A model generated the notes under the pieces. It worked only from the letters and a program-made list of their open reading frames with translations. It was not told the origin of the DNA and did not search any database. Positions 18,737 through 28,007 of a stretch of 64,000 nt of DNA are shown piece after piece. Location: NCBI GenBank assembly GCA_050246815.1, contig JBFWVI010000001.1:56127-120126 (forward strand), in the 5' to 3' direction. The translations under genes and the position numbers were made by a program. The first letter of the stretch is position 1; each line of letters begins with the position of its first letter. The DNA is from Bdellovibrionales bacterium. GTDB lineage: Bacteria; Bdellovibrionota; Bdellovibrionia; Bdellovibrionales; UBA1609.

Positions 18737-19888
18737 GTGTTTCATGGTCTTGCACCGATAGCTCTGGGATTGATCCTGGCCATCACAGCTGACGCCAAAA
18801 GCTTGCGTATCGAACGCACTCGTCAACTGCCATGTTTTACCCAGGATGAGCGATTGGGTTATAGGCCCAAACCGGGGTGTGCAGCCGATGCCGATACCGC
18901 TTGGTCCAGCACGGTTCATTACACTTTCAATAAAATCGGTTTGCGCGAACGTGATGTGGAGGAAGAGCCTGCATCGGACAAAATTCGGGTACTTTTGTTG
19001 GGCCCGGCCCTTGAAGGTGTGGGCTTAAGCGATGAGCAACTGCCCGCCCGCCAAGTGGAAAAAAAATTTAAAGACCTAGGTGTTCAAAACGTCGAAGTGC
19101 TCAGTGGTGCCATAGCGGGATATGGGGCGGGCCGTTACGCGATGATAAGTGCTGAATTGGCCAGGCGACTAAAGCCCGATGTGGTGATCTACTTTCAAAC
19201 GGGCGACAACTTCGCCTTCGACCTAATCGAAGACAGTCAAATTCTTCGTGATGAATATAACGAGAGGCTCAGGTTCACGGGGCTATCCGTTGACGCGGCG
19301 GAATCCAGTTGGCCAGATCGGTGGAGAGAGGCGGTGGTGCGCGCCAAAATATTTTGGCAGCTTTATCGCGAAGCGAACTCCGAAGCCGAGGAAAGAAAAA
19401 AAATTCTTAAGCCTACCTGGAAGGCCTTCGAAGAGATCGCCTCGCGCTTCGGTCCTAGCACGCGTTTTTTGGTGGCTTGGGCACCCAAGACCGCGCATAA
19501 TTCACGTGTCATTGAGGGTTTGGGTTTTGGTCTTGATTTTATCGCGCAGTTGATGATTCCAAAAATTCGCGTTCCAGGCGGGGCTTTGAATCGTGAACTG
19601 CGCCGCACCAGCTACACGCCGCTGTTAGTCGGACGTGAGTTCAATGCTCCGGTGAAAAATGGTTTGGCACCAAAGCAGAATCCCCGGGTTCTCACCGCAA
19701 AGGGGGCGGAGTTTTGGGCTGAAAGCATCGTGCTTGGTTTAAACGAAGAAATAAGTTTGTTGGGAATGGGCGAGGCCACATCCAAGCATAGGGCTCAAAT
19801 CTTACGCCGTCGGCAAAATGAAAAAAAAACCAAAGGGCCTCTAGAAAAAGCCAAGGCCAAAGCCCGAAATATGAAAAGAAAAAATTAA
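18737..19888 (+). CDS. Exported SGNH/GDSL-fold protein, catalytic motifs degenerate
   Basis: N-terminal hydrophobic segment; DERLGYRPKP, FNKIGLRE, RVLLLG-PA, EVLSGAIAGYG, LKPDVVIY, LTAKGAEFWA follow SGNH block order. Start set at GTG 18737. Confidence 0.65.
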   Translation: MFHGLAPIALGLILAITADAKSLRIERTRQLPCFTQDERLGYRPKPGCAADADTAWSSTVHYTFNKIGLRERDVEEEPASDKIRVLLLGPALEGVGLSDEQLPARQVEKKFKDLGVQNVEVLSGAIAGYGAGRYAMISAELARRLKPDVVIYFQTGDNFAFDLIEDSQILRDEYNERLRFTGLSVDAAESSWPDRWREAVVRAKIFWQLYREANSEAEERKKILKPTWKAFEEIASRFGPSTRFLVAWAPKTAHNSRVIEGLGFGLDFIAQLMIPKIRVPGGALNRELRRTSYTPLLVGREFNAPVKNGLAPKQNPRVLTAKGAEFWAESIVLGLNEEISLLGMGEATSKHRAQILRRRQNEKKTKGPLEKAKAKARNMKRKN

Positions 19889-21129
19889 TAGCCGCGCACG
19901 AAAGTGTGAACCCACACCATCCAGATCCAAGTGATCAATACCCCAAGCCATCCCATCAATCGGGTGTTCGACGGCCAATATTTGGTCAGGATCAGCGCCA
20001 GGTAAACGCCGACGCCGTGCCAGCTGAAGAATAAAATTTTGTTTCGCACCCAAAAATCGACATCTTCGGCGGAGCCTTCATGCCACAAATGGATCGCGCT
20101 GTAACCATCGTGCAACCAAAACGAGACCCCGAACACCGCGAACACCGCTAGAAAAGTGCTGCGGGTCTTGCGCCAAATAGGGCCAAAAATCAGACTGCGG
20201 AACCATTGATAAAAGGGAATATTCCAGCGCCGCCAACATTCAGCCGGCGAAACGGCCAGTAGGGCAAAATAAAAAGGCGCCTTTAGAGGGTGCCCCAGCC
20301 ATCTTCCTAAACCCACGATGAGATTCAATACGGCCCAACTATTGAAGTAAAAATAAAGATAGGTGTTGAGATTGCGTGCCAAGCCGCCCAAGGCAAAAGC
20401 AAACAAAGCTAAAGTCACCAGTAATAAACCGGATCTATTTGTTTCTGAGAAAGGTTTTGTTGGCAATTCAAGTGTGGTGACCGGCAAACAATAGACCAGG
20501 TGCAAAGGGTTTTGCAAAAAGCTGCCGAAAGTGGCCCCCAAGGAGCTGGCCCGCCACATCAGAGCCAGCAAGGTTACCATCACATAGCGTTCGGGGCGAA
20601 AGCCCCACCAACCGCGATCAAGGCCGGCTGGAAAACTCCAGCCCGAGGCTTGGTTGATCATGACCATTGCTCCGATGGCCGCCAAAATTTGCCCCGCCAC
20701 TTGAATTTTGAGGTCGCGCTGGCGAAGTGCAAAAAGCACGAGGATTGGCAGAGCATAGCTTAAACCCATGCCGATCACGAGGCTCTGTATGGTGGACGTC
20801 AAAGGCAAAATCACGAAATAGGCCAAACCCACAATCGCAATTTGAAAAAATGAATTCAAACGCTGTGCGGCCGTACCTACAACCAGCAGTGCGATAAGTC
20901 CTGGCCAATGAAATGACAAAAAGGCAAAGCCGTAGGGGTTGTGTTCGAGCCACCATTGTCTTAGAGGCTCGTGATGGGTTGAAAAGATCAGGGCCGCGAT
21001 AACCGCAGCGGCCAAAGCCCGCCATAAGAATTGAGGGCCGCGACAGATTTTTTTATACGCCCAATCCAGGCAATTTTGCAGCCAGCCTTCCACCCAAGCG
21101 GGGCTACCCAGCTGCATGGAATTTTTCAC
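19885..21129 (-). CDS. Membrane-bound O-acyltransferase (MBOAT) family protein
   Basis: Polytopic membrane protein with SPAECWRRWNIPFYQW and VSFWLHDG (catalytic His position), matching the MBOAT WRRW/WHG motifs. Confidence 0.8.
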   Translation of the reverse strand: MKNSMQLGSPAWVEGWLQNCLDWAYKKICRGPQFLWRALAAAVIAALIFSTHHEPLRQWWLEHNPYGFAFLSFHWPGLIALLVVGTAAQRLNSFFQIAIVGLAYFVILPLTSTIQSLVIGMGLSYALPILVLFALRQRDLKIQVAGQILAAIGAMVMINQASGWSFPAGLDRGWWGFRPERYVMVTLLALMWRASSLGATFGSFLQNPLHLVYCLPVTTLELPTKPFSETNRSGLLLVTLALFAFALGGLARNLNTYLYFYFNSWAVLNLIVGLGRWLGHPLKAPFYFALLAVSPAECWRRWNIPFYQWFRSLIFGPIWRKTRSTFLAVFAVFGVSFWLHDGYSAIHLWHEGSAEDVDFWVRNKILFFSWHGVGVYLALILTKYWPSNTRLMGWLGVLITWIWMVWVHTFVRGY

Positions 21130-22613
21130 GGACCGCCCTTTTTTCGCCGTCCGGGCTGGCGCCCGGTGAACACCGGGTAGTCATTGGGCATTAAAGAATT
21201 ATAATGCATCCACTCGTGGAATCCGCCTTTGAGCACATAAACTTTACGGTAACCCAGCTGAACCAACAGGACCGCAGCCTTGTGCGCACGGATGTCGTAT
21301 TCGTTGCGCCCGTAAAGCACCAAAGCATTTTGTTTGTTGTAGGGGCGTGGTTTGATTAAACTTTCTTTGTTCGTGGCCAATCCGGCGGAGGTGTATGTGG
21401 GTGGCAAATACTTTTGAAAGCCGCGCTCATCCAGTTGTGTGCGCATTTGCAAATTTTCAGAACCACGCACGCTGGATTGTGAAAAGCGTAGGGGCGGCCG
21501 CACATCCAAAAAAATGGCATTTTGTCGCATCAGGGTCAGCGCCTGAGGGGCGTCAATGGCCGTGGCCGTCGACGGAATTTCAGTGCTGAAAATAATTTTA
21601 TTCCATTCGTCGTATCCGCCACGCAACCAAAATATCTTGGAATAATCCAGAGTGGCGATCAGGCTAATGGCGTTGTAGCTGGCCAAGTCTCCGGGGCCGT
21701 TTGAGAAGACCACGAGCTGGGTGGATTTGTCTTTGGGCAGACGTTCGAGGTCAAACGACGCGCCTTTTTTTAGCAGGGCTTCGGGGGACTGGATGTCCTC
21801 ATTAAGGACTTCATAGTTACCTGGTTCAAGGGGGATCGCCTGTGGCAGGGAGCCGAGACGATAATGGGTATTGGGGCGCACATCTACGATGCGATAGCGA
21901 CTCAAGTTGGCGCGCAGTTCATCACTGGTGATATTTTTAGCGGCTGGGTGCTCGAGCGGGGCGCCATAGGTGGGCCGAGCCAAATTGCGGTCTTCCATGC
22001 GCAGTTTTACGACTAAAACTTGGCTCTGAAAAAGTTTATCTCGCATTTGAGCGCGTGAAAGTGCCGCCTGCTCATCTTGATTGCGCCGCAAAGTCTGTTT
22101 AAAGCGATTCACGACCCGCGCGATCTGAGGCGGCGGCATGTCTTTGAGGGTGTCACCTAAAATGCGATAGGGGACCAGCTTGATTTCAACAACACGCAGG
22201 CCCGCGATTTTTTCTCGATAAAAAACGGTCTTGTTGTTTTTGGTTCGACGAAAAACTTCGGCAGGATAAATTTTATTGCGCACCAAGCAGTCATTGTCTT
22301 CGATGCTCAGTTGGTAGGCGACCAGTCCTCGTGCCAGGCGTTGATACGAGTTCCAGGGAACACCCAACACGGAAGGGCTTTTTTTGTTGCGGTCGCAAGC
22401 TTCACTTTGTTGCAGTTCTTTGACTTTTAAAACCTCGGTGGCGTCTTTAGGGGTACGAGGGTTGACCGGATCGGGGCGTGCATTGGGGCGGGTGACCAGT
22501 GTCGCGGGATCGGCTCGTTTGGGCGCGTTTTTTTGTGTGGCTGTCATCACCATTTTGCCGACCACAAGCAACAACAGAATTCCGCCCAAAATACTCACAG
22601 TGCGCATATTCAT
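21126..22613 (-). CDS. Membrane-anchored tandem rhodanese-like domain protein
   Basis: Two repeats: IVDVRP..GSLPQAI..WLRGGYDEW and FLDVRP..VRGSENL..VLKGGFHEW; N-terminal TM segment. Confidence 0.85.
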   Translation of the reverse strand: MNMRTVSILGGILLLLVVGKMVMTATQKNAPKRADPATLVTRPNARPDPVNPRTPKDATEVLKVKELQQSEACDRNKKSPSVLGVPWNSYQRLARGLVAYQLSIEDNDCLVRNKIYPAEVFRRTKNNKTVFYREKIAGLRVVEIKLVPYRILGDTLKDMPPPQIARVVNRFKQTLRRNQDEQAALSRAQMRDKLFQSQVLVVKLRMEDRNLARPTYGAPLEHPAAKNITSDELRANLSRYRIVDVRPNTHYRLGSLPQAIPLEPGNYEVLNEDIQSPEALLKKGASFDLERLPKDKSTQLVVFSNGPGDLASYNAISLIATLDYSKIFWLRGGYDEWNKIIFSTEIPSTATAIDAPQALTLMRQNAIFLDVRPPLRFSQSSVRGSENLQMRTQLDERGFQKYLPPTYTSAGLATNKESLIKPRPYNKQNALVLYGRNEYDIRAHKAAVLLVQLGYRKVYVLKGGFHEWMHYNSLMPNDYPVFTGRQPGRRKKGGP

Positions 22614-22741
22614 GGTTCGGCGAAAGTCCTCTTTAGGTGATGCAAAAATAGACGCACGATGCGATCAACCTTGCGAATATTCATAGCTTAATGTGATTTT
22701 GGGCAAAGCGCCATAGCACTTCGCCTAGACTTTAGGCTGAT

Positions 22742-23671
22742 TTAAAAATAGCTGCCACAATTGGTGTCGTAAGACGGAAAGGCGGCATGAATTTCAAGCT
22801 GTCGAAGGTCCGAGCTGTAATAGATTTTAACCATAACGCCAATGGGGCCATCTTGAGCGGTGTATCGCGGATCATAGGGCGCGGGGTTACCCCAGCCGGG
22901 CGCATCAAAGTCAGGTTGGCGCCAGCGTGGGTCGATCGCGGGCAACCCGCTGGGCGGAACCACGGCGGCCATAGCGAAACCAGCTGTCAATAGGCTTAAG
23001 GGGCGACTAAAAAAGCGCGCCACTTGATAACCAATTTTTTCTTTCGCCGGGGCGGGCTCCAACTCCCAGTTTTGTCTTTCTTCGAGTCTTCGTTGCGCTT
23101 GAATGGTGCACCAGCTTGGCGGAGGGGCGGGTGGTAGAGGGCAGTTCGCGCCGCCCACTTGGTCATAGTTGAACCGGATGAAGTTGATCGCCAACGTGCG
23201 ATCAGCTTGCGCGTAGTTACCCAAGGCATCCACCGTCGTGATCGCAGGGTTGGCCATCGAGCGAATCAACACCAAGTTGCGGGCGGCGTAGGCCGAAGCG
23301 ATCGTGCCGGCAGTGTAAAGACGTGGTGGCGCAGTCAGATCCACGATCATAGTGTCGAGCGGGCCGCCGCCGGTGAGAGGTTTTGTGACCCAAGCAGGAA
23401 ACGAAACGCTGTAGTTGGTTCCCGCGATGCCCAACTGAAAGCCGATGGTGCCGGTGCCCGAGATGGGGTTGAACACAGGTTTGTTGCGCGCGCGAAAGCA
23501 ACTGGGTATTAATTTGACGGTGAAACGGTTCTGCATGCTTTGCGCACCGCCACTATACGAGATATCATTGAAATTCGATGCCCCAGGCGCGAAGACTTTC
23601 ACCTCAAGCGCATGGGCGGCAGGAGCCAGCACTGTCATCAGCAAGATAAGTATAAATAATTTTTGTTTCAT
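22742..23671 (-). CDS. Exported hypothetical protein of the minor-pilin operon
   Basis: GAGGA RBS, signal peptide MKQKLFILILLMTVLAPAAHA, Pro-rich segments, four Cys. Confidence 0.7.
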   Translation of the reverse strand: MKQKLFILILLMTVLAPAAHALEVKVFAPGASNFNDISYSGGAQSMQNRFTVKLIPSCFRARNKPVFNPISGTGTIGFQLGIAGTNYSVSFPAWVTKPLTGGGPLDTMIVDLTAPPRLYTAGTIASAYAARNLVLIRSMANPAITTVDALGNYAQADRTLAINFIRFNYDQVGGANCPLPPAPPPSWCTIQAQRRLEERQNWELEPAPAKEKIGYQVARFFSRPLSLLTAGFAMAAVVPPSGLPAIDPRWRQPDFDAPGWGNPAPYDPRYTAQDGPIGVMVKIYYSSDLRQLEIHAAFPSYDTNCGSYF

Positions 23672-23695
23672 GTCGTCCTCTTGCGTTCAAAATAC

Positions 23696-24676
23696 CTAAT
23701 AATTAAATCTTAAATCGGCGGTTATTGTGGGAATCGAAAGTGTTTCTCGTCTAAAGATAACTTGAGTTACGCCCACCGCGATAGGGGTGTCCAGGGTCCA
23801 TGCGCCGGCCCGCCAGACCTGGCGCTGAAGTGTCATCCCGCCAGCCTGGGCTTGTCGTTGCAACAGGGCGCTGGCCGCCACCGCCTGCAGGCGATAGCGA
23901 ATCAGCTGCACGCCGGCGACGAAGATAATTTGATTCGGGCTGCCTTGTGGCGGAGCGGTTCTAAAAAATGTGTCCAAGTTATTTAGCACGGCGCCGTTGA
24001 CGGGGTGGGTGTTGCGGATCACACCACCGCCGGTGTCGGCGGGCAATCCGGCCCCAACCACACGGCCGGTGTATATAGCGAAGCGGGGGGGCACGACCAT
24101 GGCTGCGCCAGGTGCCCGAAGTGCCACCGGTGAATAGACCATCAGCATATTATTGGGGCGAAATAGGGCGTTATTGAGATTGTCCAAATAATTATTGCGG
24201 TTCAGGCTGCCGAAGGTCATGGTGCCAGGTAAGCTGACATTGCCGCTGGTGGTGTAGGTGTACGCATGTGTCGCATCGTAATAAACCGGCGGATCCGTGC
24301 GTTTGTCGAACAGTAAAAAGTTGATGCTTTCGCCGATGGCATTCAATGTCACGGTGCGGGTGCGGTTGGAGTCCGGGCCGGGAATCAGCTTGGAGGGGTA
24401 GTCGGGCAGTAAGTCGAAAAACTGCAAGCCATTGTCATCCAATTGGTTGACGTTGTTGAATGAGGCGCCTGCGTTAAGAAGATTTAGCCACACCGCGCGC
24501 TCGCCCAATGATTTTTCAGAAATGTCACTCAAGTCTTGGGCGGTTCGGAAGTAAGTTTCTTGCATCAAAATCAAGACGGTGAAAGCGGTGCTTAAGACAA
24601 CTGTCAAAATGGCGATGACAATCGTCGTTTCGAGCAGCGAAAATCCAGATTGTGTCGAGCGTTTAAAGCATGCCAC
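23696..24676 (-). CDS. Prepilin-type N-terminal cleavage/methylation protein (PilW-like minor pilin)
   Basis: QSG/FSLLETTIVIAIL class III signal peptide with Glu at +5. Confidence 0.85.
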   Translation of the reverse strand: MACFKRSTQSGFSLLETTIVIAILTVVLSTAFTVLILMQETYFRTAQDLSDISEKSLGERAVWLNLLNAGASFNNVNQLDDNGLQFFDLLPDYPSKLIPGPDSNRTRTVTLNAIGESINFLLFDKRTDPPVYYDATHAYTYTTSGNVSLPGTMTFGSLNRNNYLDNLNNALFRPNNMLMVYSPVALRAPGAAMVVPPRFAIYTGRVVGAGLPADTGGGVIRNTHPVNGAVLNNLDTFFRTAPPQGSPNQIIFVAGVQLIRYRLQAVAASALLQRQAQAGGMTLQRQVWRAGAWTLDTPIAVGVTQVIFRRETLSIPTITADLRFNY

Positions 24677-24690
24677 GGTTATCTTTCCTC

Positions 24691-25173
24691 TTATTTGGGA
24701 ACCACAATAAATTCATACCAAGCCTCCCCGCCAGTCAGGCTGGGGTTGGACATACGCACTGTCGCCATATACATTCCGGCCCATCCAAAGATGGGGCGGA
24801 TGGTGTAACCCATTCGTCCCGGGCAACCTGGGCAGCAAGGAGTCGGCGGTGGTGGGACGACGGTGGCGTCGCAGGCCATCTCAACGCTGTCATTCCAGCG
24901 ATAGGGCAAGTTGGCGTCGGCTAGCACGGTGTTGTTGTCAATCAGGGGCGAAGCGAAATTTTTTTGGAAGACACTGTTGTCGGCTTGAATGTCGGCGGCC
25001 ACGCTTTGTAAAATCTTTTCTTGCACGGTGCGGTTGACCACCCGGCGGCGCTCGTCCATGGCAAAGGACACCATGAACATCATGGCGCTAAAAACCACGC
25101 TCAAGATACCGGTGGCCAGCATCAGCTCAATTAATGTGACGCCTGATTGTGAAGTCCAAGACCTATTTCTCAT
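24691..25173 (-). CDS. Prepilin-type protein (PilV-like minor pilin)
   Basis: QSG/VTLIELMLATGIL class III signal peptide; C-terminal CCPGC. Confidence 0.85.
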   Translation of the reverse strand: MRNRSWTSQSGVTLIELMLATGILSVVFSAMMFMVSFAMDERRRVVNRTVQEKILQSVAADIQADNSVFQKNFASPLIDNNTVLADANLPYRWNDSVEMACDATVVPPPPTPCCPGCPGRMGYTIRPIFGWAGMYMATVRMSNPSLTGGEAWYEFIVVPK

Positions 25174-25194
25174 CCTTCATCCTTCATCCTTCAT
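25171..25194. repeat. 7 bp tandem repeat (CATCCTT)x3 plus CAT
   Basis: catcctt catcctt catcctt cat fills the gap between two pilin genes. Confidence 0.85.
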
Positions 25195-27770
25195 TAATCA
25201 CTCACGCGGGTAATTTCGCGCACCATGTAGCGCAGGGGCCTTCGTTTACAGCTCACAAAACTATCACCGCTGTTGATGCCGCAATCCGGATCAACGGTGG
25301 ACCAGTTAAAAGCGTCCACCGACTGTGCGTAATAAAGCGGATTGCATTTTTGCTGGGTGGACATGTCGGCAATCGAGGCCGCCGGAGAAAATTCGGGCAT
25401 CAGCAGTGCCACACCGCAAGCCGTGTAATTTTGGGTTGAAAGCAAGGGCAGGATGGTGCGCATGTCGTGGACGGCCTGACTGTGGCGCAACGAGCGCCAG
25501 CGAATGCCCGAGAACAGAGCCGTCTCGTCGATATTCGTGCGGCCGGCCATGATGGTGCCGTTGATTTCAAGTGGTGTGGCGCGCGGATCGATGATCAGTT
25601 CGTCACAGGCCAAAAGAGCGCTGACCCGATTGGCATTGCTGTCAATTCGGCAGCGGCCCACAATTCCGCGGGTGATAAAAGTGGTGTCGGTCGCGCCATT
25701 AAACAGCAGTTCGGGCACAGCCGGTCGAGGAAAGGGCGGCGGGTTGGTTTCAGCCGGATCAAGCGGATTGAAGTTCCAGGAGTTGCGCGTGTTCGCTAAA
25801 AAATTGGAGGTTGTCCAGTTGGCCATGCCCAAGGCCGTGCCACGCGTGCTGTTAAAAGTTTCGCAGCGGGATTGAACGCTGGCGTAATCCACGGCGGGAG
25901 AAGCAGGCCCATTGGTGAATGGGCTTGCCGCCGGTGGCAACGCAGCACCGGGACCGGAGCATGCCGAGCCTTTGACATAAGTGGTGCCAAGCGCCGGTGG
26001 CAGCGGTACGGGCAACACGCCTGCGCACGGTTCTGCGTGCAGCACTTGGTGCGAGTCATTGCCGGTTAAAGGGCTATTGTAGGGCACGGGCTGCAAACCC
26101 ACCCCGACGACCGGGATGAATTGAAAGTTACTTTCGCGTAAAAAGTTACTGTCGAATGAATCGATTGCGACATCTGATTTGCGGCGATCGGCCGCGTTGT
26201 GTGTGCCGTAGTCATAAGCCTTAAAATAAATGCGAATCGGACTTGGTATGGCGGAATAGTCTCCGCCGGCGTCGACACTCACCACCAATTGCGCCTGATT
26301 GGGTTGCGGCAAGCCGAAGGCCACCACCGGACGAAGCGCGATTCGAATCGTGGGATGGTTGCGAGGTGGCACGGGATCGATGAAGGTGGCACTGATTTCG
26401 CCATCCATCGAAATTCGAGCTTGAATGAAATTCAAGCTCAAGGCGCCAAAAGAAGCGTAAACGTACCCCACCGCCGCATTGTTGTCGGAAGTGTCAGGTG
26501 CCACCCGCCATCCGCCATTTTCGGGGGGCGCGGGCGCGCCCGGGGCAAATGAGCGTGTGATAATGTTCGCGCGCTGTCGCTGGGGGTTGAAAGCATTGTT
26601 GCCACCCAAAGTGAGTTTGTAAGTCACGCTGGCGGCGGCTCCAAAAGGAGCAGTGCCTTGCTGCACGTAAAGGGGAGAAGCTTTTGTGATGGTCAGATCG
26701 CTCTTTGAAGCCAAATAATCGCGACACTCCGATAAATTGGTGTCAACCGGGGGCGGTGGGGCGATCTGACCCGTGAAAACTTCAAGGCCGCGATCCGAGC
26801 CCTCGTCAATTTCAATGCCACGTAAAAATCCGCCGATGCCGCTGATTTGATCATAGGTGCGACTGGCCTGCCCCCCCGGGGTGGTGGGACTCATCAGCGC
26901 ACCGCCGTCAAACAGACGGCCATCACCGATCACCACGCGTTGCGCGAAAGTGACAGGGGAGTAGGGCGGATCCGCCGATGCCGAAGTGATGGGCACATGG
27001 ACGTTTCGATTGACGAACACCGGACTTTCAAAAACCAAACCTGTGCCCGAGGCCGAGCGGGCCCCGAAGCGAAAGAAATTGGCATCACCATTGGCTGAAG
27101 CGGTGGATGCCAAATCCATGCGCAAATCACGAGGCACAATCAACGCGAACTGATTCAACTGTCTGGGGAATACGATCACGGTGCTAGTGGCGGTCAAGGC
27201 GGTCAAACCACGGAACAAGGAAGTGGTTGAATTCAAAGTCACACGGATACCGACAACTGCTTCTTCACCATGTTGGGGCACGAAGACATTGGTGACGCGC
27301 CACATTTGAAAGTCGATTGAAGTGAACACGGCCGATTGGGCGGGCTGAATAGCGCGAAATAAGGGGTGCACGTTGGTGATGTTGGCGATCGGCAAATTGA
27401 TGTTGATGTTCGGGATGCGAAAAGGAGGAGTGGCGGGAAATGCCGGGTTGTCCGCCACGATCTCACCAAGAGAACGGGATACGTTGTCGCTCATGATCAA
27501 TCGCTCTGCGCTTGCCAGATGATTCCAAGTGCACGGCTCAGAAAGCATGAGGGCAGAAAAGCACCAACGCTGTTTGATGCCATAAATTGAATAGTCCAAC
27601 AAGCTGTCCAAAACGGTGCGGTAGCGAACCATGTCACGGGAAATCGCGGTCTGCCGGTTGGCGACTTCGATCAACTGAATCAGGGCGGAAAGTAAAATCG
27701 TAGAGACGGCAAGAATGCCGAGGACAAGAACAAGAACGCTACCTTGCTTTTGTTTCAATCTCACGGTCAC
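25194..27770 (-). CDS. Large PilX-like pilus assembly protein
   Basis: KQG/SVLVLVLGILAV prepilin-like N-terminus lacking Glu+5, as in PilX/GspK; 858 aa, Cys-rich C-terminus. Confidence 0.7.
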   Translation of the reverse strand: MTVRLKQKQGSVLVLVLGILAVSTILLSALIQLIEVANRQTAISRDMVRYRTVLDSLLDYSIYGIKQRWCFSALMLSEPCTWNHLASAERLIMSDNVSRSLGEIVADNPAFPATPPFRIPNININLPIANITNVHPLFRAIQPAQSAVFTSIDFQMWRVTNVFVPQHGEEAVVGIRVTLNSTTSLFRGLTALTATSTVIVFPRQLNQFALIVPRDLRMDLASTASANGDANFFRFGARSASGTGLVFESPVFVNRNVHVPITSASADPPYSPVTFAQRVVIGDGRLFDGGALMSPTTPGGQASRTYDQISGIGGFLRGIEIDEGSDRGLEVFTGQIAPPPPVDTNLSECRDYLASKSDLTITKASPLYVQQGTAPFGAAASVTYKLTLGGNNAFNPQRQRANIITRSFAPGAPAPPENGGWRVAPDTSDNNAAVGYVYASFGALSLNFIQARISMDGEISATFIDPVPPRNHPTIRIALRPVVAFGLPQPNQAQLVVSVDAGGDYSAIPSPIRIYFKAYDYGTHNAADRRKSDVAIDSFDSNFLRESNFQFIPVVGVGLQPVPYNSPLTGNDSHQVLHAEPCAGVLPVPLPPALGTTYVKGSACSGPGAALPPAASPFTNGPASPAVDYASVQSRCETFNSTRGTALGMANWTTSNFLANTRNSWNFNPLDPAETNPPPFPRPAVPELLFNGATDTTFITRGIVGRCRIDSNANRVSALLACDELIIDPRATPLEINGTIMAGRTNIDETALFSGIRWRSLRHSQAVHDMRTILPLLSTQNYTACGVALLMPEFSPAASIADMSTQQKCNPLYYAQSVDAFNWSTVDPDCGINSGDSFVSCKRRPLRYMVREITRVSD

Positions 27771-28007
27771 CTCTTACGCACAGATAGATCAGACTGAGAT
27801 TTCGAAGATATATATTGATGATAAAGTGAGCTTTGGGTTAATTCAAATTCCCAAAGTGAAAAGGCTCGATTTCGTATCAAATTGAGTCAGTGAGGCTGAA
27901 GTTCGACTCAAGTCCGGCTCAGGCCCGACTTAAGTTCAGCTTGATCGGTCTTTGTTTGAGACAGCAAGGTGCATTGTGCGCGTTTTTAAGGTGTGTGAGG
28001 TTGATTT

